The notes beneath the pieces are model-generated. The model worked only from the letters and a program-made list of their open reading frames with translations, was not told the origin of the DNA and searched no databases. The position numbers were made by a program, and so were the translations under genes. Source: Deltaproteobacteria bacterium (GTDB taxonomy: Bacteria > Myxococcota_A > Polyangia > Fen-1088). Taken from it: a stretch of 64,000 nucleotides of DNA. The stretch covers positions 192,001 to 256,000 of the forward strand of contig JANRKS010000001.1 of NCBI GenBank assembly GCA_033763315.1, in the 5' to 3' direction. Shown here in pieces: positions 1 to 11,500 of the stretch (within the stretch, counting starts at the first letter, position 1; the number at the start of each line of letters is the position of its first letter).

Positions 1-1
1 C

Positions 2-310
2 ACTGGCGACTTCAACAGCCCTGCCACCGGGTTGGGTACGCGCAGCTATGGTTTCTTGCGAAGGATCTTCGCTGACAGCTATCAGCAACTCAACTTGGCT
101 GAGCCGGGCTTTTCATGCTGCATGGACATCTATGCACCGGGTCTTGCCGGCGTGGATGAGCGCATCGATCTTGTGCTCACGCGCGATGACATCACGGCCA
201 CGGCCGCCACGGTCGTGGGAGGCATCGAGCGCACGGCTTCGGGTATTTCCGCCTCTGATCACCGTGGTGTGGTGCTGACGTTGGGGTTGGTTCCCGACGC
301 GGCCCGGTGA
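2..310 (+). CDS. Endonuclease/exonuclease/phosphatase (EEP) family protein, 5'-truncated by window edge
   Basis: Frame 2 reads TGDFN...RIDLVL...SDHRGV, the C-terminal EEP catalytic motifs. Confidence 0.85.
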   Translation, partial: TGDFNSPATGLGTRSYGFLRRIFADSYQQLNLAEPGFSCCMDIYAPGLAGVDERIDLVLTRDDITATAATVVGGIERTASGISASDHRGVVLTLGLVPDAAR

Positions 311-319
311 AAGTTGTGC

Positions 320-1465
320 TTACAAGATCACTTGGCCAGGGCAGCCGAACTTGACTTGTGCTTCTTTGATGTCGCCCTTCTTGAGCTTGTCGCAATAGGC
401 ACCCTTCACAACGATCGAACGGTTGCCAGCGCCGTAAGCCCAGTCGTTGGAGCCCAAGCGCGAGCCATCAAGTTCAACGGCCACATCACCCGGTGAAACA
501 GGGGGCTGCGTGAGCACGAACGTGCAGTCCGCCGCTTGTTGGGCGATCGATCCAAGCGCTGTCGTCAACTCGGCTTGGTTGTTGGCTGAATAGAATTTGG
601 TGTCACCGTCGCGGGCGCGGCCACCCGCTTGCGCCATGTTATTCAAAACGGCGAAGGGATCCACGCCATCAACCTTGATGCCCGAGGCAGCGATGCCCAC
701 CACGAACGTGGCGAAGCCGGCGGCGTTGGCAGCGGCCACCGCGGCCACGGCGCCATCCACGTCACTGTTGCGATCGCTGCCGTCACGGCAATTCGGAATG
801 CCATCGGTGGCCAGCAACAGGAACTTCGGGTTCATCGATGTGCGCGCCTTCATCAGCGTCGTGGCTTCTTCCACCGCCTTGGCTGTGGGCGTGGCGCCGC
901 GATCACGCGTGGGCGTGTTCATGTTCACGGTCGACATGATCGACGTGTGTTGAGACAAGCCTGGATCCACGCCTGCGATGGGGCTGGTTGCACAGGCGCT
1001 GTCGCCTTCCTTTTTCCAGGCGGGGTACATTTTGAGGCCCCAATGAACGCCCATCTGGGTGTTGGCCAAGGTGGCATCAATGGCCGCTGTGGTTTGTGCC
1101 CACTTATCGGGGCTGCCCGTGCCGCCTTGGGCATCACGCCTCATCGAGCCTGAGCGATCCAACACCAACAAGATTTCAGGTGGCAGCCGGTTGAGCTGGA
1201 AGTTTTGTTGCGCGCAGAACTTGTCGTCGCCGCTGCCGCTGCCGCTGCCTGAGCCGGATTTGCCGCCCTTGCCACTCATCAGCTGGTCGGGAAAATAGCC
1301 GGCGCCGCCCGAGTTTATACCCGAGGTGCCTCCGCCTCCCGACGAGCCGTTCTTTGAGCCCGCACCAAAGGGATCGTTGCTATCGCTCCCCGTGCCTTGT
1401 GAAGCGCCACACCCCATCGCTGCAAAACCAATCAGTGCGGCCACTCGAACGCATGCCTTCGACAT
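320..1465 (-). CDS. VWA domain lipoprotein with Gly/Ser-rich linker
   Basis: Lipobox-like AMGC; MIDAS motifs DRSGS, GATPT, LATDG; Cys-containing C-terminal module. Confidence 0.85.
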   Translation of the reverse strand: MSKACVRVAALIGFAAMGCGASQGTGSDSNDPFGAGSKNGSSGGGGTSGINSGGAGYFPDQLMSGKGGKSGSGSGSGSGDDKFCAQQNFQLNRLPPEILLVLDRSGSMRRDAQGGTGSPDKWAQTTAAIDATLANTQMGVHWGLKMYPAWKKEGDSACATSPIAGVDPGLSQHTSIMSTVNMNTPTRDRGATPTAKAVEEATTLMKARTSMNPKFLLLATDGIPNCRDGSDRNSDVDGAVAAVAAANAAGFATFVVGIAASGIKVDGVDPFAVLNNMAQAGGRARDGDTKFYSANNQAELTTALGSIAQQAADCTFVLTQPPVSPGDVAVELDGSRLGSNDWAYGAGNRSIVVKGAYCDKLKKGDIKEAQVKFGCPGQVIL

Positions 1466-1620
1466 CTTTTTCCCCCGGCTGCGACGATTCTAAAGAAACG
1501 TCTGTGCCCAATAGTAGCACAACAGGTGTTAATGCACCTCGGCCCTGAAAGATCCCCGGGGTGTGGCGTGATCGGTAATTTGGATGGCCGCTGGGCGTGC
1601 CTCAGAGTGTGATGCGGAAG

Positions 1621-2985
1621 ATGTTCCGCAAGCGCGACGTAGCCATACATTTCGTAGGGATAGGGGGGATCGGCATGTCCGGGATTGCCGAAGTCCTTTT
1701 GAACTTGGGCTACCACGTCTCGGGCTCAGATCTGCACGAAACGGATGTGACGCGGCGTTTAACGACGCTTGGCGCCCGCATCGGCTTCGGCCACAAAGCG
1801 GAAAACGCCGCCGGTGCGGACGTTGTGGTGGTGTCGAGCGCCGTCAAAGCCGACAACCCGGAAGTTGCCGCCGCGCGCGCCAAAGACATCCCGGTCATTC
1901 CACGCGCCGAAATGCTGGGCGAATTGATGCGCGTCAAAGACGGCGTGGCCGTGGCCGGCTCACACGGCAAAACCAGCACCACAACCATGCTGGCCTCTGT
2001 CTTTGCCGCCGCTGGTATGGACCCAACCGTGGTCATCGGTGGCAAGGCTCAAGCGCTAGGCTCGAACGCGCGGCTTGGCCACGGCGACATCTTGGTGGCC
2101 GAAGCCGACGAGTCCGACGGCTCGTTTCGCCACTTGTTCCCGATGGTGGCGCTCATCACGAACCTTGATCGTGAACACCTCGATCACTACGGCGGTATGG
2201 AGCCGCTGCGCGAAGCGTTCGTCGATTTTGCCAATAAGGTGCCGTTTTATGGCCTGGTGGTTTTGTGCGCCGACAACGCCGAAGCCGCTGCGCTTTCGCC
2301 GCGCCTGTTGAAGCGCCACGTGACCTATGGCCTCACCGCCGGTGATTACCGCGGCACCTTGTTGCAAACAAGCGCCGCCGGCAGCCACATGCGCATTGAA
2401 CACAAGGGCAAAGTCTTAGGTGAAGTGCACGTGCGCATGCCCGGCGTTCACTACGCGCAAAACGCTCTCGGTGCGTTCGCCGTCGCTGATTTTCTCGGCG
2501 TCTCGTTCGCGGTGTACGCGGCGGCGCTGGCGGCTTTCGATGGCGTGGATCGCAGGTTTTCGATTCGAGGTGAAGCCGCGGGCGTGTTGGTTGTGGATGA
2601 TTACGGCCACCACCCCACGGAGATCGCGGCCACCATTGCGGGCGCGCGCTTGTTTGGCCGTCGCCTCGTGGTGGCGTTTCAGCCGCACAGGTATTCACGC
2701 ACCCGTGATCTGTTGGCTGATTTCGCGCCATCACTCTCGGGTGCCGACGTGCTGGTGCTAACCGACATCTACGCCGCTGGCGAGACGCCCCTGCCCGAGG
2801 GGTCTTTGCCCGCACTGCTGGGCACGTTCTCAAAGCCCCCAAAACACGTGGCGCGGCCCGCTTTGGTGTCCGCCCTGTGCGATGTGCTTGCGCCGGGCGA
2901 TCTGCTTTTGACTTTAGGTGCGGGCGACATCACCAAAGTGGGACCTGAGGTGTTGGCGCGGCTACGGGCGGGAGCGCCCGCATGA
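1621..2985 (+). CDS. murC: UDP-N-acetylmuramate--L-alanine ligase
   Basis: GIGGIGMSG, GSHGKTSTT, EADESD, DDYGHHPTEI, FQPHRYSRT; ATG 1621 preferred over ORF start 1597. Confidence 0.97.
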   Translation: MFRKRDVAIHFVGIGGIGMSGIAEVLLNLGYHVSGSDLHETDVTRRLTTLGARIGFGHKAENAAGADVVVVSSAVKADNPEVAAARAKDIPVIPRAEMLGELMRVKDGVAVAGSHGKTSTTTMLASVFAAAGMDPTVVIGGKAQALGSNARLGHGDILVAEADESDGSFRHLFPMVALITNLDREHLDHYGGMEPLREAFVDFANKVPFYGLVVLCADNAEAAALSPRLLKRHVTYGLTAGDYRGTLLQTSAAGSHMRIEHKGKVLGEVHVRMPGVHYAQNALGAFAVADFLGVSFAVYAAALAAFDGVDRRFSIRGEAAGVLVVDDYGHHPTEIAATIAGARLFGRRLVVAFQPHRYSRTRDLLADFAPSLSGADVLVLTDIYAAGETPLPEGSLPALLGTFSKPPKHVARPALVSALCDVLAPGDLLLTLGAGDITKVGPEVLARLRAGAPA

Positions 2986-3887
2986 ACGACACGCCCGTGT
3001 TGCAAGTTGAATTTCCCAAGCCCAAGCGCTTTCGCCGCCGCTCCAACAAACGCGTGGTGGTGCAACGCAAGCCGCTGTCTGTGTCTGTTGTTGACGGCGT
3101 CGCGGCGCTGGGGCGAGGCCTTGGCCTTGTGGTTCGCAAACTCGCGCGCCCCGTGTTGATGCTGGCCTTCTTTGCGGCGGTGATCGTCGGCGGCCGCTGG
3201 GGCCTGCTGCACGTGCTCAAGTCGCCGCGGTTTGCGTTGGCACAGATTCTTGTGGGCCCAACCCAGCACATCAGCCACGCCGAGGTCATCAACCTGGCGG
3301 GCGTTGAGCTTGGTGCGAAGCTGCTTTCGGTGGATCCCGATGAAGTGGCCGCACGTGTGGCGCAACACCCGTGGGTGTTCAGCGTGCACGTCGAACGCAA
3401 GCTGCCGGCGGCTCTGCAGATCGATATTGTTGAACGCAACGCCGCCGCCGTGGCGATGTTGGGTGGGCTTTACCTGGTGGATGAAGAAGGCCATGCGTTC
3501 AAGCGCGCCACCACGGCCGAAGCCGCGGGCTTGGTGATCTTTACGGGCATCGAACGCGAACAATACACCGAACGCCCCGATGCCGTGCGCGCCGCCTACA
3601 AAGACGCGTTGGGCTTGCTTGCCGAGTACAGCCGCAACCCCAAACGGCCAAAACTATCGGAGATTCGCATCGATCCTCGCTATGGCTACAGCCTCCACTT
3701 TCTGCAATCGGGCGCCGAAGTGCGGCTTGGAAATTCTTCTTATAGTGAAAAATTGGCGCGTCTTGATCAGATCCTAGATGCTCTACAGCACGCGGGCCTT
3801 GATGCCCCTGGCGTGCTGCGGATCGTTCACCTGGACGGCCCGGCAGACAGCCGGGTCTCGATGCGCCTGTCATTGGGCGACAGCTGA
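2982..3887 (+). CDS. ftsQ: Cell division protein FtsQ/DivIB
   Basis: Basic N-terminus, one TM segment, POTRA-like HPWV...VERKLP...IVER; lies directly before ftsA; ATGA overlap with murC. Confidence 0.9.
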   Translation: MNDTPVLQVEFPKPKRFRRRSNKRVVVQRKPLSVSVVDGVAALGRGLGLVVRKLARPVLMLAFFAAVIVGGRWGLLHVLKSPRFALAQILVGPTQHISHAEVINLAGVELGAKLLSVDPDEVAARVAQHPWVFSVHVERKLPAALQIDIVERNAAAVAMLGGLYLVDEEGHAFKRATTAEAAGLVIFTGIEREQYTERPDAVRAAYKDALGLLAEYSRNPKRPKLSEIRIDPRYGYSLHFLQSGAEVRLGNSSYSEKLARLDQILDALQHAGLDAPGVLRIVHLDGPADSRVSMRLSLGDS

Positions 3888-3911
3888 GGCATTCGAGAAA
3901 GACAAACACAC

Positions 3912-5138
3912 ATGGCACGACGAAGTTCCGACATCATCGTAGGGCTGGACATCGGGACAACCAAGATCGCCTGCGTCGTCGCTGAGCGCGGCGAAGATGG
4001 CCTGGACGTTATCGGTGTGGGCACGCAGCTGTCACGCGGCCTGAAAAAGGGCGTGATCGTCAACATCGATTCAACGGTGGCGGCCATCAAGCAAGCCGTG
4101 GCGGAAGCCGAGGGCATGTCGGGCTGCGAGATCTCTCAGGTCTATGTGGGCGTGGCAGGCGGGCACATCAAGGGTGTGAATTCCACCGGCACCGTGGCCA
4201 TCAAGGACAAAGAAGTGCGCCCCACGGATGTGGCGAAAGTTCTGGATCTGGCGCGCGCCATCGCGTTGCCCGCCGACCGACACATCGTTCACGTGTTGCC
4301 GCAGGAATACCAAATCGATGGCCAAGACGGCGTGCGCGAGCCTTTGGGCATGTGTGGCGTGCGTCTCGAAGCGCGCGTGCACATCGTGACCGCCGCCGCC
4401 GCCGCCGCACAAAACATCATCAAGTGCTGCAGCCGCGCGGATTTGGAAGTGCTGGACATCGTGCTTGAGCCCTTGGCCTCGGGCGAAGCGGTGCTCGAAG
4501 AAGACGAAAAGGGTTTGGGCGTGGCGTTGATCGACATCGGCGGCGGCACCACGGATATTGCCGTGTTTTGCGATGGCGCCGTGGCACATACGTCCGTGCT
4601 GCCGATCGGCGGCCACCAATTGACCAGCGACATCGCGTTTGGTCTGCGCACGCCGCCGCACGAAGCGGAACGCATTAAACATCACTTTGGTTGCGCCACG
4701 GCCAGCATGGTTCAAGAAGGCGAAACCATCGAAGTGCCTTCGGTGGGCGGGCGTGAACCGCGCGTGCTGTCGCGCCAGATGCTTTGCCGCGACATCATCC
4801 AACCGCGCGTGGAAGAGATCTTTGCGCTCGTCAAAGGCGAGATCGCGCGCCTTGGTTGCGAGGACATGCTGGCGTCGGGCGCGGTGATCACCGGCGGCGC
4901 CACGCAATTGCCGGGTATGGCTGAATTGGCCGAAGAGATCTTGGGCCTGCCTGTGCGCGTGGGCATGCCGAAGAGCGTGGGCGGCTTGGCAGACGCGGTG
5001 AAAACGCCTTCATTCGCCACCGGCGTGGGCTTGGTGCTTTACGGTGCGCAACAACAAGGCATGGACACGCACGCCGAAGGTCCACGGCGCCGCGGCTTCT
5101 TCGAGAAGTTCCGCCGCATGATTTCGAACACGTTCTAA
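3912..5138 (+). CDS. ftsA: Cell division protein FtsA
   Basis: GLDIGTTK, DIGGGTTD, ITGG actin-like motifs; C-terminal amphipathic helix GFFEKFRRMISNTF. Confidence 0.97.
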   Translation: MARRSSDIIVGLDIGTTKIACVVAERGEDGLDVIGVGTQLSRGLKKGVIVNIDSTVAAIKQAVAEAEGMSGCEISQVYVGVAGGHIKGVNSTGTVAIKDKEVRPTDVAKVLDLARAIALPADRHIVHVLPQEYQIDGQDGVREPLGMCGVRLEARVHIVTAAAAAAQNIIKCCSRADLEVLDIVLEPLASGEAVLEEDEKGLGVALIDIGGGTTDIAVFCDGAVAHTSVLPIGGHQLTSDIAFGLRTPPHEAERIKHHFGCATASMVQEGETIEVPSVGGREPRVLSRQMLCRDIIQPRVEEIFALVKGEIARLGCEDMLASGAVITGGATQLPGMAELAEEILGLPVRVGMPKSVGGLADAVKTPSFATGVGLVLYGAQQQGMDTHAEGPRRRGFFEKFRRMISNTF

Positions 5139-5270
5139 GCCGTTCCTTCTGCGTATCCCTTTGAAACCATTGAGGGGCAACGCATGTTCAGGTAGGCACG
5201 ATTTGTGATCGAAAATTTTGGTCGCAAGCGGTCACGTGAGATTCCTGGATATAAGGGAGATACATTTCGC

Positions 5271-6938
5271 ATGCTCGAATTCGACGACGTTTCGGGAACC
5301 GGCCAACCAGTGATCAAGGTGGTGGGCGTAGGTGGTGGTGGAGGTAATTCAATCAACACCATGATCGAGGCCGGCATTCAGGGCGTCGACTTCGTGGTGG
5401 CGAACACCGACTGCCAAGTGCTGAGCGCCAACCTTGCACCGACCAAAATTCAAATTGGGCGTGGCTTGACCAAAGGCTTGGGCGCCGGGGCGAACCCCGA
5501 CATCGGTGCGGCGGCGGCGTTGGAAGACGCACAACGCATGGCCGAGATCCTCACGGGCGCCGATATGGTGTTCGTGACGGCCGGCATGGGCGGCGGCACC
5601 GGCACTGGCGCGGCTCCTGTGATTGCGCAAGTGGCGCGCGACTTGGGTGCTTTGACGGTGGGCGTGGTGACCAAGCCCTTTGCGTTTGAAGGCATGCAAC
5701 GCAAAAAGCGCGCGTTGGCCGGCATCGCTGCCTTGGCCAAAGCCGTGGACGCCTTGATCGTGATCCCGAACGATCGATTGCTCGGCCTGGCTGGCACGAA
5801 GACGGCACTCAAAGACGCGTTCTCGATGGTCGACGCGGTTTGTTTGAACGCTGTGCGCGGCATCAGCGATTTGGTGATGGTCCCCGGCCTTATCAACGTC
5901 GACTTTGCCGACGTGCGAACGATCATGACCGGCATGGGCCGCGCTTTGATGGGCACGGGCCGCGCCACGGGTGAAAAGCGCGCGATCGAGTCTGCACGCA
6001 TGGCGATCAACTCGCCTTTGCTTGAGGACGTTTCAATCAATGGCGCCACGGGCATCTTGGTGAACATCACGGGTGGCCCTGATTTGACCTTGGCTGAAGT
6101 GCAAGAGGCTTGCTCCTTGGTGCACGAAGCGGCGGATCCCGAGTGCAACATCATCTTCGGCTCTGTGATCGATCCGAACTGCCGCGACGAAGTGCGCATC
6201 ACCGTGATCGCCACGGGTTTCCAAACGGCGCCCGCGGTTGACGTGAACGACGGACGCAACACGCAACGTCCACCCGCACGCCGTGAGCAAATGGCTTTAC
6301 CGATGCAAAACAGCGCGCCCCAAAACTACGCGCAACATCACGCCGTGCACGACGTGCGCACACAACAGTACGCACCCGTGCCACAGCAAGCGCGGCCTCA
6401 AGAGCGACTGCAGGATCGATCGCAAGATCCGTATGCCGAGCTCGAAGCGTCTGCCGCTTACGCAGAGCCCGCCGGTGAATCAACCGATCGATCACCTTAC
6501 GGGATGGGTTGGGACAACACGGCTCCGCAAGAGCCACAGACGCCGGCTCCCAATCCCCACGCGGTTACTTTGCGCTACGGCTCGAACCCGGCATTCACGC
6601 CGCCTGCACCTGATTATGCGCAGTACGAACGCACGCCCAACCCCGTGCCCGTGGGCTCGATGCACCAAGGGCATGCCGGGCAAGTGTCTGGCCCTGCACC
6701 GCAATGGGAAGCGGCGCCTGAATCACGCCCGGTGATCCACGCCCCGGCCCCCGTCGCACGATCGGCTAGCCCACAACCTGCCGCTGGCCGCTGGGCGCCC
6801 GATTACTCCACGCCCGCCTTCAGTGGCGAGATGGGTCACTTCGAGAGCGAACTTGATACGCCTGCGTTCTTGCGCCGTCGCATGACCAAGGAACAAGCCG
6901 CGGCTTGGACCCCACGTCACCCGATCGATCGGGAATAG
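5271..6938 (+). CDS. ftsZ: Cell division protein FtsZ with very long C-terminal linker
   Basis: [23 protein letters not shown]; conserved C-terminal peptide LDTPAFLRR; ATG 5271 follows GGGAG. Confidence 0.97.
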   Translation: MLEFDDVSGTGQPVIKVVGVGGGGGNSINTMIEAGIQGVDFVVANTDCQVLSANLAPTKIQIGRGLTKGLGAGANPDIGAAAALEDAQRMAEILTGADMVFVTAGMGGGTGTGAAPVIAQVARDLGALTVGVVTKPFAFEGMQRKKRALAGIAALAKAVDALIVIPNDRLLGLAGTKTALKDAFSMVDAVCLNAVRGISDLVMVPGLINVDFADVRTIMTGMGRALMGTGRATGEKRAIESARMAINSPLLEDVSINGATGILVNITGGPDLTLAEVQEACSLVHEAADPECNIIFGSVIDPNCRDEVRITVIATGFQTAPAVDVNDGRNTQRPPARREQMALPMQNSAPQNYAQHHAVHDVRTQQYAPVPQQARPQERLQDRSQDPYAELEASAAYAEPAGESTDRSPYGMGWDNTAPQEPQTPAPNPHAVTLRYGSNPAFTPPAPDYAQYERTPNPVPVGSMHQGHAGQVSGPAPQWEAAPESRPVIHAPAPVARSASPQPAAGRWAPDYSTPAFSGEMGHFESELDTPAFLRRRMTKEQAAAWTPRHPIDRE

Positions 6939-6959
6939 TCGTTCGAACCTGGTTGGCCC

Positions 6960-6998
6960 GAGCGGGCGCCTGTGAAAGCGGGCGCCTTTGCTCGTTTT
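6960..6998 (+). terminator. Putative intrinsic terminator after ftsZ
   Basis: GGGCGCCTGT-GAAA-GCGGGCGCCT hairpin (with G-U pairs) followed by short T runs. Confidence 0.5.
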
Positions 6999-7113
6999 GG
7001 GGAGGCTGTGTGGACGAACGCAGCGCCGCGCTCGTGGGCCCTCGCCGGCTTGCATTTTAATCTTTTGTTGCGACACCCGGTTCGGCACCCCCTCATGATC
7101 TGGGGCATTCCGA

Positions 7114-8538
7114 ATGGCGCAAACACGCTCGATAATCGCAGGACCATCAACCATCCTTTCTATCGTGGGCGTTTGGCTCGCCCTGACCCTCGGGGTCGCT
7201 TGCAAAAATGATGACGGAGCTTTGGAGGCCTGCGTGGCGCCTTCATCAGGTTGCCCGTGCACGGACGCGGGCACATGCGAAACAGGTCTGGTGTGCCTTG
7301 CGCAAACGTGCGTTTCCCTTGCAGGCAACGCCGCGGGCTCGGGTGGGCGTGGCGGCGGCAGCGGTGGAGCCGCCGCCGGTGGCGGAGGCTCAGGTCAGGG
7401 CGACGGAGGTGGCGGCGGCATCATCGGCAGCGGAGCCATCGCGGGACAAAGCGGCGGCACGGGTGGTGGGATCGCGGGACAAAGCGGCGGCACGGGTGGT
7501 GGGATCGCGGGGCAAAGCGGCGGCATGGGTGGCGCCATCGTGGTGAGACCGATGAACCGCGACGTCGACATTCTGTTCATGGTGGATAACTCGGGGTCGA
7601 TGAGGGAAGAGCAGGCCAAGCTACGCAAAAGCTTTCCAACGTTGATCGACGCTTTACGCGCGCTTCCGGGCGGTTTGCCCAACCTGCACATCGGCGTCAT
7701 CTCAAGTGACGTTGGCGCGGGCAATGTCTTCATTTCGGGCAACCCGGCCTGCAACCGGCCGGGAGGCGACAGAGGTCAACTGCAAGTGAAGAAGGGCTGC
7801 GGGCTTAACGCGCAGTCCAACTTCCTGATCTCGCTCAATGGCGACACACAGAAGAATTTCTCCGGAAAGCTGGAAGACGTCTTTGCCTGCATCGCCGATC
7901 TAGGTACGTCTGGATGCGGCTTTGAGCATCAATTGCAATCGATACGGGTCGCGCTGGCGGAAACTTTCACGCCTAGCAATGCCGGTTTTCTTCGCAAGGA
8001 TGCACTGTTGGTGATCATTATGGTCACCGACGAGGACGATTGCTCAGGTCCCTCGGTCTCCGATTTTTATACCGACCCTGCCTTCGGGGACGGCCAAACT
8101 GGATCCCTCCGCTGCAACATCGCAGGTCACCTGTGCAATGGTGCTCCACCTCCCAATAACCCATTCATGACGCCGCTGCAGAACTGTGTCGCGGCGCCAC
8201 GCGGTCGACTGATTGATGTGCAGGAACTCACCAGTTTTGTGCTGGGGCTTAAGCGCGCGCCAGAGCAGATCATCGTCTCGGCGATCACGGGCGTGCCCGG
8301 CGATCGGGCGAACGCCACCTATGCCTTCGTTTCATTGATGCAGCCCCAGGGATCGTCTTTGTTAGACGTTGAGCCGGTTTGCAATGCAGGCATCGACGGC
8401 ACAGCCGCGCCCAGCCTTCGCATCGGCGAATTCGTGCAAGCCTTCGGCGCAAACGGCAGCCTTGAAAGCATCTGCGACAAAGACTTCAGCAACGCGTTCA
8501 TCAAGGTGGCCGCGAAAATCGCGCAGCACATTCGGTAG
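7114..8538 (+). CDS. VWA-like domain lipoprotein with Cys-rich N-terminal module and Gly-rich linker
   Basis: LGVAC lipobox; DILFMVDNSGSM, GCGFE, VTDEDDCS, ESICD motifs typical of myxobacterial VWA proteins. Confidence 0.85.
   Translation: MAQTRSIIAGPSTILSIVGVWLALTLGVACKNDDGALEACVAPSSGCPCTDAGTCETGLVCLAQTCVSLAGNAAGSGGRGGGSGGAAAGGGGSGQGDGGGGGIIGSGAIAGQSGGTGGGIAGQSGGTGGGIAGQSGGMGGAIVVRPMNRDVDILFMVDNSGSMREEQAKLRKSFPTLIDALRALPGGLPNLHIGVISSDVGAGNVFISGNPACNRPGGDRGQLQVKKGCGLNAQSNFLISLNGDTQKNFSGKLEDVFACIADLGTSGCGFEHQLQSIRVALAETFTPSNAGFLRKDALLVIIMVTDEDDCSGPSVSDFYTDPAFGDGQTGSLRCNIAGHLCNGAPPPNNPFMTPLQNCVAAPRGRLIDVQELTSFVLGLKRAPEQIIVSAITGVPGDRANATYAFVSLMQPQGSSLLDVEPVCNAGIDGTAAPSLRIGEFVQAFGANGSLESICDKDFSNAFIKVAAKIAQHIR
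7438..7533 (+). repeat. 33-bp tandem repeat (about 3 copies) encoding IAGQSGGTGGG
   Basis: ATCGCGGGACAAAGCGGCGGCACGGGTGGTGGG exact at 7438 and 7471; degenerate copy at 7504. Confidence 0.9.
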
Positions 8539-8577
8539 GCCGGGCGAGTGGCGCACACCGTGGCGGCGTCAGTGCGT

Positions 8578-11500
8578 TTACGACGCTGGCGCGATTTCAT
8601 TCATATTGTCGCCCCGGGTGCATTCTGTTTCCATGGCGTTCAATAGCTCGAATAGCCGTTTGTGCGTCGGAAGGTTGAGAAACGCAGACTCCATTTCCGC
8701 ATCGCTCATTTCGCGTATCTTAACCTCCAGAGCCGCGGTGGCCCGTAGGAGCACACGGTGTGCGGCGTCTGTATCGCGCGCGGCAAGCAGGGCCTCTGCA
8801 AGCGCAAGCCGCACATACATTTCGCCTTCTTCCGGCAAGACGCTCAGATCGTCTATCAAGCGGCAGCCCTCATCTGCCAATGACAAGGCTTTGGTCACGT
8901 CATTTTCGAATAGCGCCATCTGTGAGGCCAGACCCAGCGCGTATGATCGGTATGGAGGCACAAGAGATGTGTTTTGAAGAAAGGGAGCGATAAATGGCGT
9001 TGCCGCTTCGGGCCGCTTTCTCATGATCGCGAGGTGCGCCCTGTAGAGCCCCACGCCCAGCTCGATCCACGCCAGCCCTTGGCCTTCAATGCAGCTTGCT
9101 GCTTGTTCCAATGCGCCATCGGCTTCACCAAGGCGACCATCGAAAAGCAGCGATTGGCCAATGTTGGCAAGCGTAATGCCCTCGAAAAACCTTGATCGAA
9201 TTTTGCGCGCGAACACAAGACTATGTTCGAGGTGCAACCGCGCTTGTTCGAGCATGCCGACTTCAAGAAGCAGAGCCGAAAGATTATTGCGGGAATTCGC
9301 CTCCAATAACGTGTTCTCCGCCTTAATGGCCTCGGCAAGCGCCGCTTCGTTGCTTTTTCGCGCCAGCCCCAGCTGCCCTTGTCGACGTTCCACCTTCGCT
9401 TGGGCATTAAGAATCTGGTTCTTCGTCTCATGGCGCAGCACGTTCGATCCCGCATTTTCAGCCTCGAACGCCAGCGCTCGCCCATCGTCGAGCATACCCG
9501 CATCAATGAAACAACCGGCGAGGTCGGCGAACGCAATACAGCGCTCGTTAAAGGCCTCGGCGTCCTGTGGGATGGCCCGTCGCGCTTTGTTTGCCAAAGC
9601 CCACACGTCGTTGTGGTGGATTCGTTCTCCAAGAATTCCTGCACTGCAATCAATCGCTTTGAACCAAGCCGCCGAGCCTTCAGGCAACAGCTTCATTGCC
9701 AACTGAGCTGGCTCCCAAGCCTGCTGCATTTTCCCCAGCCATCGGTAGCATGTGGCTTCCGTCAGTCTCGCCGTGCCCGCTTGTGCTGGCTCTGGATTGT
9801 ATGCGATGGCCTTCTGACAAAAGCAGATCGCACCCTCAAGATCGCCTGCGCTGTAGGCGTGGTCGGCCGCCTTTTGTGCCAAGACGCATGACTTTGGCCA
9901 ATCACAAGCGCGACTATAGTGCTCGAGCAGCACAGCAACGGGAGAAGTCCCTTGCTCCTCCAACCACTGCCCTGCCAGCTTGTGTCCCAAAACGCGATCG
10001 CCGTCTGTCAGGCTTTGGTACGTGGCTTCCCGAATCAGATCATGCTTGAAGACGATGGTGCCAGCGGCGCTGTCCCCCAGTATTTGCTCCTCTGCGAGAA
10101 GGGTGAGCCAATGCTCCAACGTATTCTGATCATCGCTGCCAAGCAAAGGCAGCAAGCCATCCCGATGGAATGTGCGCCCGAATATGCTGGCTGCGCGGAG
10201 CACGCGTCGGGCCGACGCCGGCAAATCATCGAGACGCGCTTGCACTGTCCCCAGCACAGCGTCAGGGATCTGGGTCTTTCCGCGCCGCTTTAGCGTTCGT
10301 GCCAGCTCCTCAATGAAAAAGGGGTTACCCTCGGCGCGCTCCGCTATCCAAGCCGCTGTCTCCGCTCGATCCGTTGCCAGCACCTGGCTTAGGAGCTGTT
10401 CTGACTCGACGCGGTTCAACGGTTCAAGGTTGCATTTATGGATTGACCGATCTTTCCAGATGTCAGGATGAATGTCATTGAGCTCAGCGCGTGCCAAACC
10501 GATGACGAAGCAGCTTTGCCTGCCTGCAGACTGGAACGCGCTGTTCAATAGCTTTACCGACGCATGGTCGGCCCAATGGATGTCGTCAAGGAGCACAACA
10601 ACACAATGATTCGTGCACGCGGCACGGATCATGTCCCCAAAAGCCAAGGCCATTTGTTCCGCCATGAACCTGGGATCACTACGCGCCGATTTTAAGGCGT
10701 TCTCGGAATCGCCGGTCGGCGTGGCTCCGATGAGGTCTGCCAAATACACGCGGCTGCCCTCGTGCTCGTCGCCCTGTTTCGTGAAAAATCTTTCCACCAG
10801 TTCGCGACGATTCTTCCTGGGTGTGTCCTCTTGAACTTGGAAGGCGCTCATGGCGAGCTGTCGAGCGAAACGCAGTGGCGATGCGGTCTGTAGTGCATCT
10901 CCTTGGGCTTGCCAAACCACGAACCGTTCCTTGCGTTGCCTCACAGTCGATAGGAACTCTGCGGCCATGCGGGACTTGCCCACGCCAGCCGGCCCTGTGT
11001 ACACGGCTATCTCAAGTTGATGTCGCTCTACGCTGCGTGCAAATTTCCGCAGCATCGCGGCCATCTCCTCGCGGCGCCCCACAAAACTTCGCTCTGCCTG
11101 CGTCGACACTGGCAGGGGGGTGGCGAATGCGTCGTCGACCAGAAGCCAAGCGTCGCGGTGGCTTCGAACCGCGAAGGTGCGGCTCATGAGTCCCGCCGTC
11201 TCTTCATCCGTGGAAATCTCCCCCGGTCCCGTCGATGAAAGCCGCTGGCTGGTTTCGTCCACCAGTTTGCCGAAAGGCAGCCCTTGCCGGACCACCGTTT
11301 TGCCCAATGAGATAGCAATCGAGGACTTAGGCCAGTGCCTCCTCAAGGTCAACGAGCAACGGGCGGCCTTCACCGCCAGCTCCGGTGCGGTTGCCTTGCC
11401 ACTGCAAGTTAGCAACAGCGTTCCATCGATCAGTTGATTCACCGCAAAACCAAACGCCGTCACACCCTCTTGAACGTGCTTTGGCAGCGAAGCGCTGGCG

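Noticed and set aside
4071-6262. Long antisense ORFs (278 aa and 270 aa) over ftsA and ftsZ
   Set aside because: Typical high-GC shadow frames of well-conserved genes; no recognisable motifs
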